In this document: piece after piece, positions 49,218 through 61,474 of the stretch | Layout of the letters: the number at the start of each line of letters is the position of its first letter | Position numbering within the stretch: position 1 is the first letter of the stretch | Source: Lepidodermella squamata | Taxonomy: Eukaryota; Animalia; Gastrotricha | Length of the DNA: 64,000 nt | Direction: 5' to 3' | Assembly (NCBI GenBank): GCA_047495785.1 | Contig: JBLDXI010000015.1 | Coordinates: forward strand, 4,960,001 to 5,024,000 | The notes under the pieces: generated by a model | Database searches by the model: none | What the model saw: only the letters and a program-made list of their open reading frames with translations | Told to the model about the DNA's origin: nothing | Program-made: the position numbers and the translations under genes

Positions 49218-50163
49218 TCAGTAGTTGGAGCAAAAACGTTCGACCCTCCGAAACAGTCGGCAACGCTGCGCTGATGAGCCGCTCGATCGACCTCGTGAGA
49301 CCGAGTTCGAACGCAACCGTTGCACCGACACTTGTTTGCCGTTGTTGCAGACTGACCAGCTTGCAGCCTCGTACTCACAGCTCGGAGGCGTCGCAACCAC
49401 CTGTTGGTCCTCCGATGCATCAGCTGTTTTTCTCTCGGCCTCTGATGGCGCATTGATCGAGGCGAGAATCTCACGGTCGTCGATCGTTGCCAAATTTTGA
49501 ACGATGCAGTTGCGGGTCTGGGTATGGCTATCCGAGCACTGCTTGTTGATCTGGAGCGGCGGGCGGTTCCGCGACGGCGTCTGCCGGGCGTTTTTCCCCG
49601 CCAATGAGTCCATGACTTTGTTGCTAACAGCCACACCGTACATATAAGCGTCGCTCGTCGCCGAAGGCCGGAGTCGGCTGGGATTGTCACTTTTCAAGCT
49701 ATCAAAAATCAACTTTCCGATGCGGATTTGCTGCCCCTCCCTCGTCGAATTTCCGACACTTGTGCATCTGCTCCAGCTTTTTAAAGAATTTTAGGTTAGA
49801 CTTAAGTTTCTAAGACAGAGATTTTTACCTCCCGTAAGCGTACTGGCAAGATCGCGCTGATTCTCTTCGAGAGGCTAAACAATTGCAAGAATTAATAAAA
49901 AAAAATTGAAGTAAAAAGGAGTTAATTACACGATTGCTTGTGATACGACTGAACCGATATTTGACACATTTCGAACGTCGTTATCGGGTCAGGTATGAGA
50001 AACACGGAGCCCTGACCTCCCACAAAATCTTCACCTAGAACAAAAACGATACTCTTGCTATCATAATAAAGATTTCATGGTATTAACCTGTGAACTGAGC
50101 CTGTGTGACACCGCTCCACGCTAGACCAGCAAAAATGAAGAGGAAGCCAACTGATGGCGTCAT
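49218..50163 (-). CDS. Secreted pleiotrophin/midkine (miple)-like protein; exons 50163-50088, 50034-49930, 49874-49829, 49776-49218
   Basis: Signal peptide MTPSVGFLFIFAGLAWSGVTQA. Two PTN/MK-type units: CQYAYGSWSRC...QQIRIGKL...C.....TRNC and CEYEAASWSVCNNGKQVSVQRL...C...RRVERFC. All introns are GT-AG and in frame. Confidence 0.65.
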
Positions 50164-50840
50164 TTTCTCGTTGAAAAAGTTCACGTCATTGAGAAAATGC
50201 AGGAGCATGCGCGGTTTTTCATCTGCTAGTTTTTGGCTATTTACAGTGATGCAGTATAATTTCAGCAAGCTACATGCTATAAATAAATAATAACAATATC
50301 GCGGAAAGAAAATTTTTACGTCGGCAATATAGTTCACAGCAGGGTTGATTAGCGCAATGTATGCAAATTCGAATTCTAGCGCCAAAAATTTAGAAACCCC
50401 ATGCCGTTCTAGGCCAGTAAACACTCATATAGTAAATATCACTAATAAATACAGGCAATTACGCTTCGGAATTGAATTTTCTAACATCGCAGAAATAAAC
50501 TGCCTCAGGGAGCAAGTGGCTGTTTACGCATTAGCGTGATGCGATTACAGTGTGTCAAAACCCTGCGGATAAGCAAAGGTGATACTCGGAAAAAACACGA
50601 TAAAGGCGTCATTATCATTTATTGTTTTATTTTTCGAATTCACATACAAATTTCTGGTTGAAAAAGAACGTAAATAGTTAAGGCATCAAATGCATCGGTC
50701 GGTATCTTACGCAAATTCATACATACATACAAAGAGAAGCACTCATCGGGCATTTTCATAGACATGATAGAACCAATGCTGTTGCGTTGCTAGAATACCA
50801 AGCAACAGGTAAAGCAAATAAATATTTCATCGTGGTAAAA

Positions 50841-53066
50841 TCAGGCGCTTTTCGGCTCGATGACCGCGCCGATCGGTGGCGCCTCGAACGAGTTGTGGCG
50901 GTGGTGATGGTGGTGGTGGCTGCCGTTCGCACTCGTCATGCGAAACTGCTTCAGGCGAGTCTGCAAAGTCGTTCGCTCAAGACGGATGCGTTCGAGTTCG
51001 CTGAGAAGCTCGCGATATCTGTTAACAAAAATGAATAGTCACTTAGAAAATAGTCTGCGAAGCGTAACAGAGCTGAATAGTATCAAGAGGTCATCGCTCA
51101 TAGTCTACAAAGCTAATTTTATACGACATGGAATTTAAGCGCTATAAGTTTATTTCCAACCTTTCGCTTATTTTCCATAACCATCTTCAGGGATACATAA
51201 AAAGATCGGATTTTCGCATGAAGTTGAAATTATAAAATTAAGGCGGATATTTTAAATTAGTGAACCTTAATGAAAGGACGAAACAAATGGGACTGCCTGG
51301 TCTTAGAAATGTTGGCGATACGGAAGCTGAAGCCAATTATGAAAAAACAAACGGATTCGATTAAGGCGAAACTCGTCACGGAGCTCATCTTTCATGAGAA
51401 GTGTAAGCGTACCAAGCGGAAAAATATTCACTAAATATAGACGAATTCACTGGACCTGATTTAGGCTTATAATCCTCACTATCACTAATTTAAAATATCC
51501 GCCTTAATTTTATAATTTCAACTTCATGCGACAATTTAATCTTTGTACGTATCCCTGAATTTCATCAATCGTTTGACGTTGGCTATCAGACATGGAATTA
51601 ATTTAAAATTACCGTAGAGCCAGTTGCTGGTTTCGAGTTCGGAGTTGTTCCAGCGGCGGGACGAGCAGCTGCAGCTGAGAGCTGTCGCTAGTAGCACTGG
51701 TTATACTCGCCGAATCGTTTATGGGCAGCAGAGGCTGCAAAGACGAAGCAGATGCCGACACGGCTTGGCTGGTCAGCAAGCTATTGATCGCCAGCGTAGT
51801 CGCCGGATTCGGCGGCAAGGGCGGAGAGGCGGTAAGCGAAGCTTGCCTGTGTAAAATTAAAACCTTAGAAAAATCAGAATAAATTGTTAAAAACACAAAC
51901 TGTTGCTGTGGGGGACGACGAGGAGGTGGTGGGGGAGGAATTTGAGCCGGTAGAGCGGGAGCAGGTCGAACTGCGAATGGGTAAAGAGCCGAGGCGGGTG
52001 GCCGGTCATCAAAGGAGGCCAAGTTGGAAGCCATTGAGCTAGCGCGGGAGGGAACATTGCTTGGAAAAGCGAGATTTTGCTGAGCCGCCTCATTTATCGA
52101 CTCTGTGGTTGCGTTCGGCCAAGGCTCTGTAGCACTCGTTGCAGCTGGATCGGTTGGGGGAAGTGCCACTGGCGCTGCAAAAAAAACCAATTCAAGTCAA
52201 AGCTGCATTAAACAGCTAAGTCACTTACCAGGCCTGAGTGTCGCATCCGAAGATTTGGTACCACTAACCGGCTTTTTGGGTGAGCGATTGAGATAGGCTG
52301 GATCGCTTGCGATTCGATCAGCAATTTGCAGAGCACTCTGTAGTAACTCAGCCGGCAAAATCGCAGGGAGATTGACACCGTTGCGAACGGCAACGACTAG
52401 ATGCATTGCACAGCAGAACTCGGTGATATTAAGTGCACCGTCAGCATCCAAATCTGACATGGCCCAAATCTCAGCAAGAACCTGGTTCGGGAGTTCAGAT
52501 CGCACGAAGTATTGTTTGGCTAGCAATCCGGGAATGAGACCAAGCAAATTAGGCTGCAGTTTGGAGAATTCTCGAAGATAGTAACGGCGTTGCTCTTGCG
52601 TGATGTTCCAAACACTGTGAGGTTTCGCACCTTCAGCGGGATCCACAACAGCCGACTCGCCGTCTTCACCGTCGGTTTCAGCTTCGAGGAGCAGAGTTGC
52701 GCCGCTTAGAGCTGTGATCGTTCCACCCCTTGCGCCGCCTAGTCGCTTTTTAGAACCTCTGCGACGCTGCGCTGCATTCGAGGAGGTGTCTGTGGTGGTA
52801 GATGCATCTTCTGAATCAACTTCATCTTGCTCTTCTTCAAGTTCTGACGATGAAGATGAAGCTCTCATTGATTCGGGGAAGAGTAAAGACGACCGGGCGG
52901 ATGATGCTGATTCCGCGGGTTCAGGACCAACTTTCGATAAAGCATCGCCGGGAAGACCAGCTAAACCATCTTTATCAGCTGTGAACATGTTCCACCACAA
53001 ATTCGACGTCGAGCCATCGGGAAAACCTGGCTGCTGTTGCTGCCCTGGAGACGTTGGATTGAACAT
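50841..53066 (-). CDS. RalBP1-associated EH-domain protein (REPS1/REPS2-like); exons 53066-52229, 52174-51901, 51846-51613, 51018-50841
   Basis: WNITQEQRRYY...F..LQP...GLIPG..AK.YF..S.LP...L..IW..SD.D.DGAL...EFC.AMHLVVA..NG..LP matches the REPS-type EH domain. It is followed by a Pro-rich region (PPPPPPRR) and a C-terminal coiled coil (LRTRNQQLALR|YRELLSELERIRLERTTLQTRLKQFR). Confidence 0.85.
51186..51559. mobile_element. MITE-like non-autonomous element (374 bp) with ~78-bp terminal inverted repeats, in the last REPS intron
   Basis: 51186-51263 (TTCAGGGATAC...CGCATGAAGTTGAAATTATAAAATTAAGGCGGATATTTTAAATTAGTGA) is the near-perfect reverse complement of 51482-51559. There is no internal ORF and no clear TSD. 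Confidence 0.8.
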
Positions 53067-56000
53067 TATGTATTATCAGAATCTAAGAAAAGATAATATC
53101 AATTAGTCCTCAAGCAAGTCTACAGTGTTTTCGCACAGCGGCAATCGACACACGCGAATAACAAAGTATGTGGTAGTAAGCTGAGATGACAATCAAAATC
53201 CGTAATTTCAAGATTCTAGTAGACGCAATTTCTATTTGTCCAATAATTGGGGATATCCGACTATCAGAATGTCATCATGCTTTTGATCAACACGAAGCCG
53301 TCTCAAAATTAAGTCGGTAATGCCGAAAACGCGGCGCACCATACGAGCAGGCACGATGAAGGCTGAAGGCGTCTTCAATATGAACTAGATTTCGCAGCTC
53401 TTCAAGAAACGAATGGGGCTAACTGGACGAGTGGATGAGAAATGCGGTTTTAGGATAACTAGCGGTTAGCGCAATTGATTTATCATAATCAAGCACTAGA
53501 ATGAGCAGTTTAGAATCATCCTATTAATCATAGCTGACATGGCGAATGAAGTGAAAAATATAATATTGAAAGAGCTGGCTGATGTAATAAACTACTCTAT
53601 TTTGTTCGAGGGCGCCAGCGACCAGCGACATCAGCAAAATCGAACAAGAGAGCCTCTGTTTCAGATACGTGCTTCCTCACGGTGAGCACGTGAAGCAATC
53701 AAGGTTTCATCGGATTTGCCGATTCCTCGAGCGATCGGTCTGCAGCTGGTCTTCTTACCCTCGTCAAAACTTTTCAAAGCGAAAGCTAACTTGATTTTCA
53801 AAACCTGCGTGGTCAAGACTACAATGGCGCATCGATCAGCACAGGTGCACACAACGGTTTATATAAACGGGATCAATAAGAAGTTTCCGAGGCTCTAATC
53901 GTGCGCTGCGTATGTCATTGTCCTAACCTGGTCGTGCACAACTGAACTTTCACTACGCCTGAAATGCGCATTTTTGGCAATCTGAACAAAACTTAAAATT
54001 CTTCTCTGCATTCTGTATAGCATCCATCGAAATGGCTGCTCAATTGGGAACTGGGAACAAATTTCGTTAAAGCTGACGGGCCAAGTCTACATTTTTCAAA
54101 CCGATGTTAACACCTCTCGCTGAGATAATCAAGTGTTAATCATAGCTATCAACGAGGCGATTGGTTAACAACGCATACGTATGGTCAGTTTAAAACAGAC
54201 AGCACATCTCTTTCACTTTCTCAGTTTGATCGTAAACGTCACGTTTCCTTGACTATTTACTGGAAAGTTCAAGAGGAAAGTGCGGGATACAATATGCCCA
54301 AAATTGAATCGTCCTCTGCCTACATGCTTAAATCAACTGAAACTGCAACAGGTTATTACGCCCTTTCTGTAGCCAAGAAACAATCGTAATCCAAGAATCG
54401 GTCTGAGAGGGGAGCCGCTACTAAACGGCATGTGCCGGGGGACCTAGGAAAACTCTTCTACCAACGAAATTGGAGGAGCAACCCAACCCCCACCCAGTCA
54501 AACGTCTCTGCAAGCGGCTACTTCAGATCAGTGAGCAGCCGTTTTGGAGCATCAAAACATCAGCATAATGCATAAAGCATAAAGCAAAATGCTTCAAGCT
54601 CCACCGGCGTATGCATCCAGTGAACTTATTAGTAATTTTTACTGTTGCTGTTGGCTGTGATGCGGACCGAGTACTAATTTCGAATTTCCAAGTCCCTGGA
54701 CATGAGGTTGTCGCCGGAAGAAAAAAATCGAGATCGATTTTGCAAAAGGCACTGACTTGAAGGTCATAATTCATAAAAATAAAAGCCACATTTTTAGTAT
54801 TAATATGTCATAAAAAAGATTTTAATCATGTTTCAGAGACAAATATTGTCCACAAGACTAAGTAATATTTGTTTAGCCGCAGTAAAAGAAAATATGTGGG
54901 AACCGAGTCGGCACTTGTGGCCCCAGCAGGCTCAGTCCCTAGCCAACAGGCTCAGCATCATTCGCCAAGCAAGGTGTCATTCTCCATTTTCTGCTCAGTC
55001 ATGTGTCAGAATTGAGAAAACTGCTATCAAAAGATTATTTCGTCGTTAAAAGTGTCATTCATCGAGAAGTCCCAACAAATTGTTTGCAAAAATCAAAATT
55101 TTGAAAATGAGCCTACATGGAATTGCACGATGGAAAGTTCCATGCTGTCCATGGTGTTATTTTTGTAAAATTTTGCATGCGGAATAATTCGCCAAGTTTG
55201 GCTGGACATGCTCTGTTCCAGCTATAAAAGTCTGCAGAAAACGCGCAAATGAAATGCCTTTGTTAAGCCAGACCTAGTCAACACGATGAGGCCAAGGAAG
55301 ACTAGGGTTGTCCATCTAAAGTTTAATATCAGGTTTTGCGGCTCACTCACTCATGATATTTGGATGAAATCTGAGCGGATGTTGGCATTTTGATGAACTG
55401 AAAAGTCCGCGAATTCCATTGTTAATAGACACTTGAAAAATAATGGCACCTTTAATAACGGAGAATCTTTCGATTTTTATCCAATCCTAATGAACGGCTG
55501 CGCGACAAAGTCGATAATGATTTTTTTATTGATTGGCGAATGATTTTGACCCCGTTGACAAAAGCAATGAGCTTCTAAGTTGCTACTGATTTTTTGGAAA
55601 TGATGGTTTTTTGGAGACATAGATAGATTCTGGCTGTTTTGGAACATGCTGCTGATTCAAATTTTAGATCGACAATAATAATAAAAGTCATAGCACAAGA
55701 GCGCTTTATACCCGAGCGTGTACTTGCTCGGTTTGGTGCTAATATTCTGATGGGATAATCAAAGATAAAAATCAACAGCTTTTATTCTGCTCTAAAAAAT
55801 TTAAGTCTTGTGATCAATCTAGTATTTTTATGTGCGTGTCGTTTGCTTGCCTTCTATCCGGTTTCCTTCAATAGGAATGAACGTTGCCCCAAATTCTTGT
55901 CCTCATGTAATCGGGACATCGGGAGAGAACTGACCGAGAAACTCGTTAGGGTGACACAAACTGCTTTTCATTCAATTCATAATTACTGGAAGAGTACATA

Positions 56001-57706
56001 GTATGTATTTTATCGCGTATTTTATGTGAGATTTGTTATCGCGGTCGAACAGAACACGCAAGCGGTAGTTTGAAACATGATCATAAAAGGGATCAAAGGT
56101 GCCAATTAAATCTTGCAGCTTGCAGGTAACAATTTTCTTAAAGATTCTCGAAATTGTGTTCACCTAATCAGTCAAAAATCGAACGATATCGACATATCGA
56201 CATGGTATGTTGACATAAGCCAGATTTCTCGAGCAGTTGCAAGTTCGAAAAATCGCATGCTTTCTATCGAATTTTTGGAAGGAAAATTAGGAGGATGAAA
56301 TAAACTTTCACGTCCCGGTTGCAGCTGATAAACCGCTCCTTTTGTTTATGAGATTGACAGTTATCAATGATGGAATTAGTAGGCGACAATCACCGGCGCC
56401 TAAAAGAAAAGCTGCACATCAGAATATATTATTTCTGAACTAGGCGCGAGCTCACATCTCAGAATTACTTCGCACGGATCACCAACGCGATCTGTAATTT
56501 CTATCTTTGTGGTTCATAAGCAAGCGATAAACTCTTCTTATAAAGAATAATGTACTTATTTTCTGGCCGTAAAGGAATTTGTGGCTGACACATCAGGCTC
56601 TTTCTTGTTAGGTGTTTTGCCGAATATAGTCGATGATTTCAAGATGACGACTGATCGTGACATTCGGGACACGAATATCGAAATCGATGTATATCAAGGC
56701 TCATTGCAAAAAATTGTCAAATGAATTGATGATTAATCATTTAATTTAGTTTTATCATGTGTCTCATATGGGATTTTGAATTCCTCAGGCCTATTTCTGC
56801 GCTGATTTCTTCACATTTGGCAGTTAAAATTCGAATATTTGGATATTTAGGAGGCGCATCCTTATCAACATTTTTACGCCTTATTTCGCGAATATTTTGC
56901 CCCCTTTTTGCAACAGTAGCGTAGCAGCAAAGCAAGCAAAGCACGTGCGCGTTTCGCATAGCTGTTGCGCAATTATTGGGCGCGTGTCAAGCGCGTTTTG
57001 CGGCGCAGCGTTCCAAGTCGTTGGAAAAAATACAACGTCAACATTACAAACAGCTAGCACATATCATAAGCTGTGATTTTGTTAAAACAAGTCAGCACAA
57101 AAAAGTGTGATTCGCTATTGTAAGTTTCCATCTCCGCGTTATATTTTCACTAATAACCATTTTTTGCTTCATCATCGCCACAGCAAAAAATCTTCGATCG
57201 ATATTGCATCTACTTGTTGGTTGTGTTGTGGTCAAGTCGCCTTCTGCTTTTCAACACACATCATTAAATTTATCACTTGATTGCCGCGCCGTCCAGCAAT
57301 CAAGATTTCGTCATTAAAGCGAGAGATAGACCTATCAATAAAAAAAATAGTGGAACAGGCTTGTGTGGTAAATTGTTTACAACAGCCTCATCTTCGTGTC
57401 AGCGATAACTAATCTATAGCCTTTTTGTTTCGTTCGCATCTTGGTTTTCTTGCCGATTATCAATTCTATTTCTTCTTTATCAACGCGTCATCATAATTAC
57501 TATTCTAATTATTCTAAACCCAAATTATTACAAATATTCTAACCTATTGTTAAACTTGTCTACTCTTGTTCTATCTCCGTTGATTTGTGCTACTGATTTG
57601 TTTCTAAAAGAGTCTGGAATACCACCTATTCTGATTCGGTGCCTCACAAACACAAACGTTTTAAAAGCTTGTTTCTTGTAAATCTAACAAATATCCTGAA
57701 TACAAA

Positions 57707-60700
57707 ATGGTATGTTTTAGCCCGGTTTTCTCGACTTTTTCTCTCAATTTTCAAATATCAATTGCAGTCATCTGTGAATTGTGAATTATCGGAAAACATT
57801 TCATCATCGTCAGCGAACGGCGGGCAGCAATCATCGGCATCGGCTGCTCAGTCATCTTCGTCATCATCGCCGATTCAGTCGCAAAAATCGCTGCTTTCAA
57901 GCCGTCACTTGTCTATGGACCCGATGTCGCACTCGACGCCGACGAACCCGAAACTCGTGTCAAAGGTGATCGGACCACTGCCGGCAAACACCAACTCGTC
58001 GTGGCCGAGCAGTGGCCAGCAGTCGTCAAATTCTTCGAATTCTTCCTCTTCGGGCACTGAGCAGGACATTAATTCACTCGATCAATGGGTTTATGCTCCT
58101 AGCGGCGCGACGAACAACAGTTTTTTGAACACTAGTGGCTTGAATAACACGGCTCAAGAATCTGCCACTTCCAATTCTTTCAGCAAATGTAAAATTAAAA
58201 AATTTCATATGCATTTTTATTATCATTTTTTTTCAAATTACAGCGTGGAATCAAGACGTTTCGATGATGAGCAGAATTATGGGAAACAGCAGCATTGTGA
58301 GTGACGAAAATTTTAATTGAAACGATTGATAATTTTCACTCTGAATAGCTTGGGAACACCAAATTAAACGATTCCGGATTCATAGACCATCCAGTTGCGC
58401 CGACCAATTCACCGCAAACAGTTGGCGCTGATGATGGAAAGTCGCGAGCGTTCTCGGGCTCTGCAACGGCACAGTCGTCCACAAATTTTAACATCAATTC
58501 GCTGTACGACGCAATCGTGCGCTGCCCGCCCGTCGACCAGGCACAGTCGGCTAGTAATAAGACAACGCCGACAAACAAGCCGCAATCAGGTCAAAGCAAT
58601 GCTGGCTGCATTGGCATGAACAAACCCAGCGAAGGACCTGAGTAATTATTGCTGCTGATTTTATTTCATCGTAAAATGTCGGATTTCTGTCGTGATTTCA
58701 GATGCACTTCTGATGCCTTCAGTTCGATGGCCGCTCTGCTGTACAATCTCGACAGCAATGGTAACTGCAGCAGCGAAAATTCTTCAGCGCGTCAACGTGA
58801 TGGAGACACGATCAACAGCAACAATGCACTGGATTCAGCTGAACAGGTATTAATATCTATCGTGACGGCTTTTTTCAATTCATAGCTCTACTGTTTTTTG
58901 CTTGTTTTTTCAGGCTTATCAGCAGTTGAAGTTCAATGCTGCTGTTGGTTCGATGGTTGGCAATGCGGCTTCTTCACCTCAACCGCAATCTCAGCAACAA
59001 CGACTTGGCCAACAGCCGTTGACTCCGCTCCAGTATCTCCAGCTTCAAAAGCTCCTGGCGTCGACAAATGCCTTCGCTTCGCCGCAAACCTCTTCCTCTT
59101 TCAACAACAATGCAGTCAACAATCTGTCGCATTTCGGCAACCAAGGCGGGCATGGAAATATGTTGGGAAAGACGAATTCGTTTCCGAACATGATGATGCA
59201 GCAGCAACAGCAACAGCAGCAGCAATCCAATCCGTCTTGGATGTCCCCAGCGCCGCTCAACCGCCAGTCTGGCAGTCGCCGCCCGCCGTCTGTGCCGCAA
59301 TTGAATGCGAATGCGCTGTCGAACATCGACCCTAAAATGCTGGCAGCGATGCTGAGCGGCCAACAGCGATCAGGCGGCAATTCTGCTTCGTCGTTGCTCG
59401 CGTCGCTGCCGCCTCAGCTTGCCGCTTTCGCCGCTTCGAATGGCTTGCGCGCTCGAGCCAACTCTCCGCTGGAGGAGGCGTATGCCCGCAACGCCCTTGC
59501 CTACTTGCAGCAGCAACAGCAGCAGCAGCAACAACAACAACAGCAACAACAGCAGCAATCTCAGCTGTTTTCAGTCGAAAACCCTGGCCGCACGGGTAAC
59601 ATGATGCGCGAGTCGTCGTCGATGACGCTACAAGGCAACAACTTCCATGGCCATCAGGACCAGCTGTCTTGGCTGAACGCAGGCGGCAATGGAAGCGCTC
59701 CCAATCGCTACATGATTGGAAATAGCGGCGCCAGTCACTCGGCCAACGCTGGCAGCGGTTCCGGCTCGCAGTCGTGCGGCGCTTCGTGCGAACATGGCAA
59801 TCACGGCAGCAGGGGTCACGCCTCAGCGCAACAATCGTCTTGCTTGCCAGCGGTAATTTTTTGCCATATTCTTGCTATAACGTCGCCGAATTTGTAGTTT
59901 GGAACACAGACTGACGATCCCGAGCTCAAAAAGGAGATCTGCAAAGTGTTCGCCTCGGATCACAAAACCAAAGCTCGCATGCGTAAGTTTTACATTTTAT
60001 AGCGAAATTGTTTGAAAAGCAACTGATTTACTTATGTTGTTTCCTTCATTCATTTTTAATCTGAGACCATTTTTCGATCAGCATTTATTTTTGCAGCCGA
60101 GACTTATTCCACGCCGGGAGGCCAGTCCCCGCCATTCGTGCGCTGGATCGGCCGTCGCCAGGAACCGGTCAACATGCACGGCGGCGTTTCGAGCAAAGTT
60201 TTCCTCGGCGGCTTGCCTTGGGACATCACCGAAGAAGAGCTGCTGGAAACTTTCGCGTCGTTCGGTGCTGTTTCCATCGAATGGCCGAACAAAGATCATG
60301 TCGAACGCGCGCACGGCAAGGGCTATGCTTATGCCGTCTTTGCCGATTCCAAATCTGTTGTCAATCTGCTGAATCGTTGCCAGAAAGAACGCGCCAAAGA
60401 CAACGAAAATATTTGCGAATTCTTCTTTGGCTTCTCGCGCCGTCACAGCAAAACCATGCAGGTATGTGATTTGCTGTGGTTTGAGTTTGTCTTGCATTTT
60501 ATTCCAATTTTTTTCCAGATCATTCCGTGGTTTACTGCTGACAACGAATGGGCAATTGATGCTAGTTACCTGTCATCGTCTACTTCAATTCAGTCCAACG
60601 GTTCGAACGGCGCAGTTGGTACGACTACGCCCACGAATGGCGGCTCGCCTGCTTCCGGAGCTGTTCAACACGGCACGAGGCTGACGGCTTTTGTCGGAGC

Positions 60701-61394
60701 CCTGCACGGCCAGATGACGGCGATGATGTTGAAAATCATTTTCGAAGACAAGTTCGGTAAGGTGGTGTCGGTGTACCTGGACACGGACAAGCACAAGTAC
60801 CCAATCGGGTCGGGGCGCGTGGTCTTCGCCGACCCGAAGGCCTTCCGCCAGGCCATCGAAGCCGGCTTCGTCGACGTGCAAACGCAGCACATTTTCAAGC
60901 GCATTCAAATCGATCCGTATCTCGAGGAGCAGGCGTGTTGGATGTGCAATGGCTCGCGCCCGGGTGACTACTTCTGCCGCAGTTTCGAGTGCTTCCGCTA
61001 CTTCTGCCCGGAGTGCTTCTACGACTTCCACGCGAAGATCGAGCTGAGCCGCAACACGGTTGTCACCGGTCACGTGCCCATCGCCCGCAGCACGGCGTCG
61101 ACGCGCAGCGGCAACGGAAATAACGGCGGCAATGGCTCGCAGATGAGCAGCGGCTCCAGCTCACGCAGCGCCAACTCGCCGAATTCTGTCTCATCGAACG
61201 GCCAGTTGAACGGCCACACAAATGGCGGCAATATGCTCGGCCATCGCCACTTCGTGCACATGCAAATGGATCGTGGCTCGTCGAACGGCAGTGGATCTTC
61301 GGTTAGTCCTGTCATTACGACGCCAAGCAGCAGCAGCAACAGCAACAACAGCAACAACAGCTTTGCTGAATGGGCGCTTGGCGATGCGCACTGA
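57707..61394 (+). CDS. CPEB1: Cytoplasmic polyadenylation element binding protein, CPEB1/Orb subfamily; exons 57707-57709, 57768-58188, 58244-58296, 58349-58641, 58702-58846, 58914-59852, 59898-59982, 60097-60461, 60519-61394
   Basis: RRM1 SSKVFLGGLPWDITE...EWP...KGYAY; RRM2 FVGALHG...DTDKHKYPIGSGRV.F; IQIDPYLE followed by the ZZ finger C..C...FCRSFECFRYFC..C...H...H. PWDITE, GALHG and KYPIGSGRV point to CPEB1/Orb rather than CPEB2-4. The N-terminal exons splice in frame but are less certain. Confidence 0.9.
59508..59558 (+). repeat. CAG/CAA repeat encoding 17 consecutive Gln in CPEB
   Basis: Direct reading of 17 mixed CAG/CAA codons. Confidence 0.95.
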
Positions 61395-61474
61395 AGTGGT
61401 GATCGCTTTCGAAAAACTCCACCTTAATGTGACTACTGCTGTAATTCCGGTGATTCTTTGCGCTTGTTATGGCG

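Noticed and set aside
53100-56950. Possible gene or transposon relic between REPS and CPEB
   Set aside because: Only short ORFs with no recognisable domain, terminal repeats or consistent splice chain.
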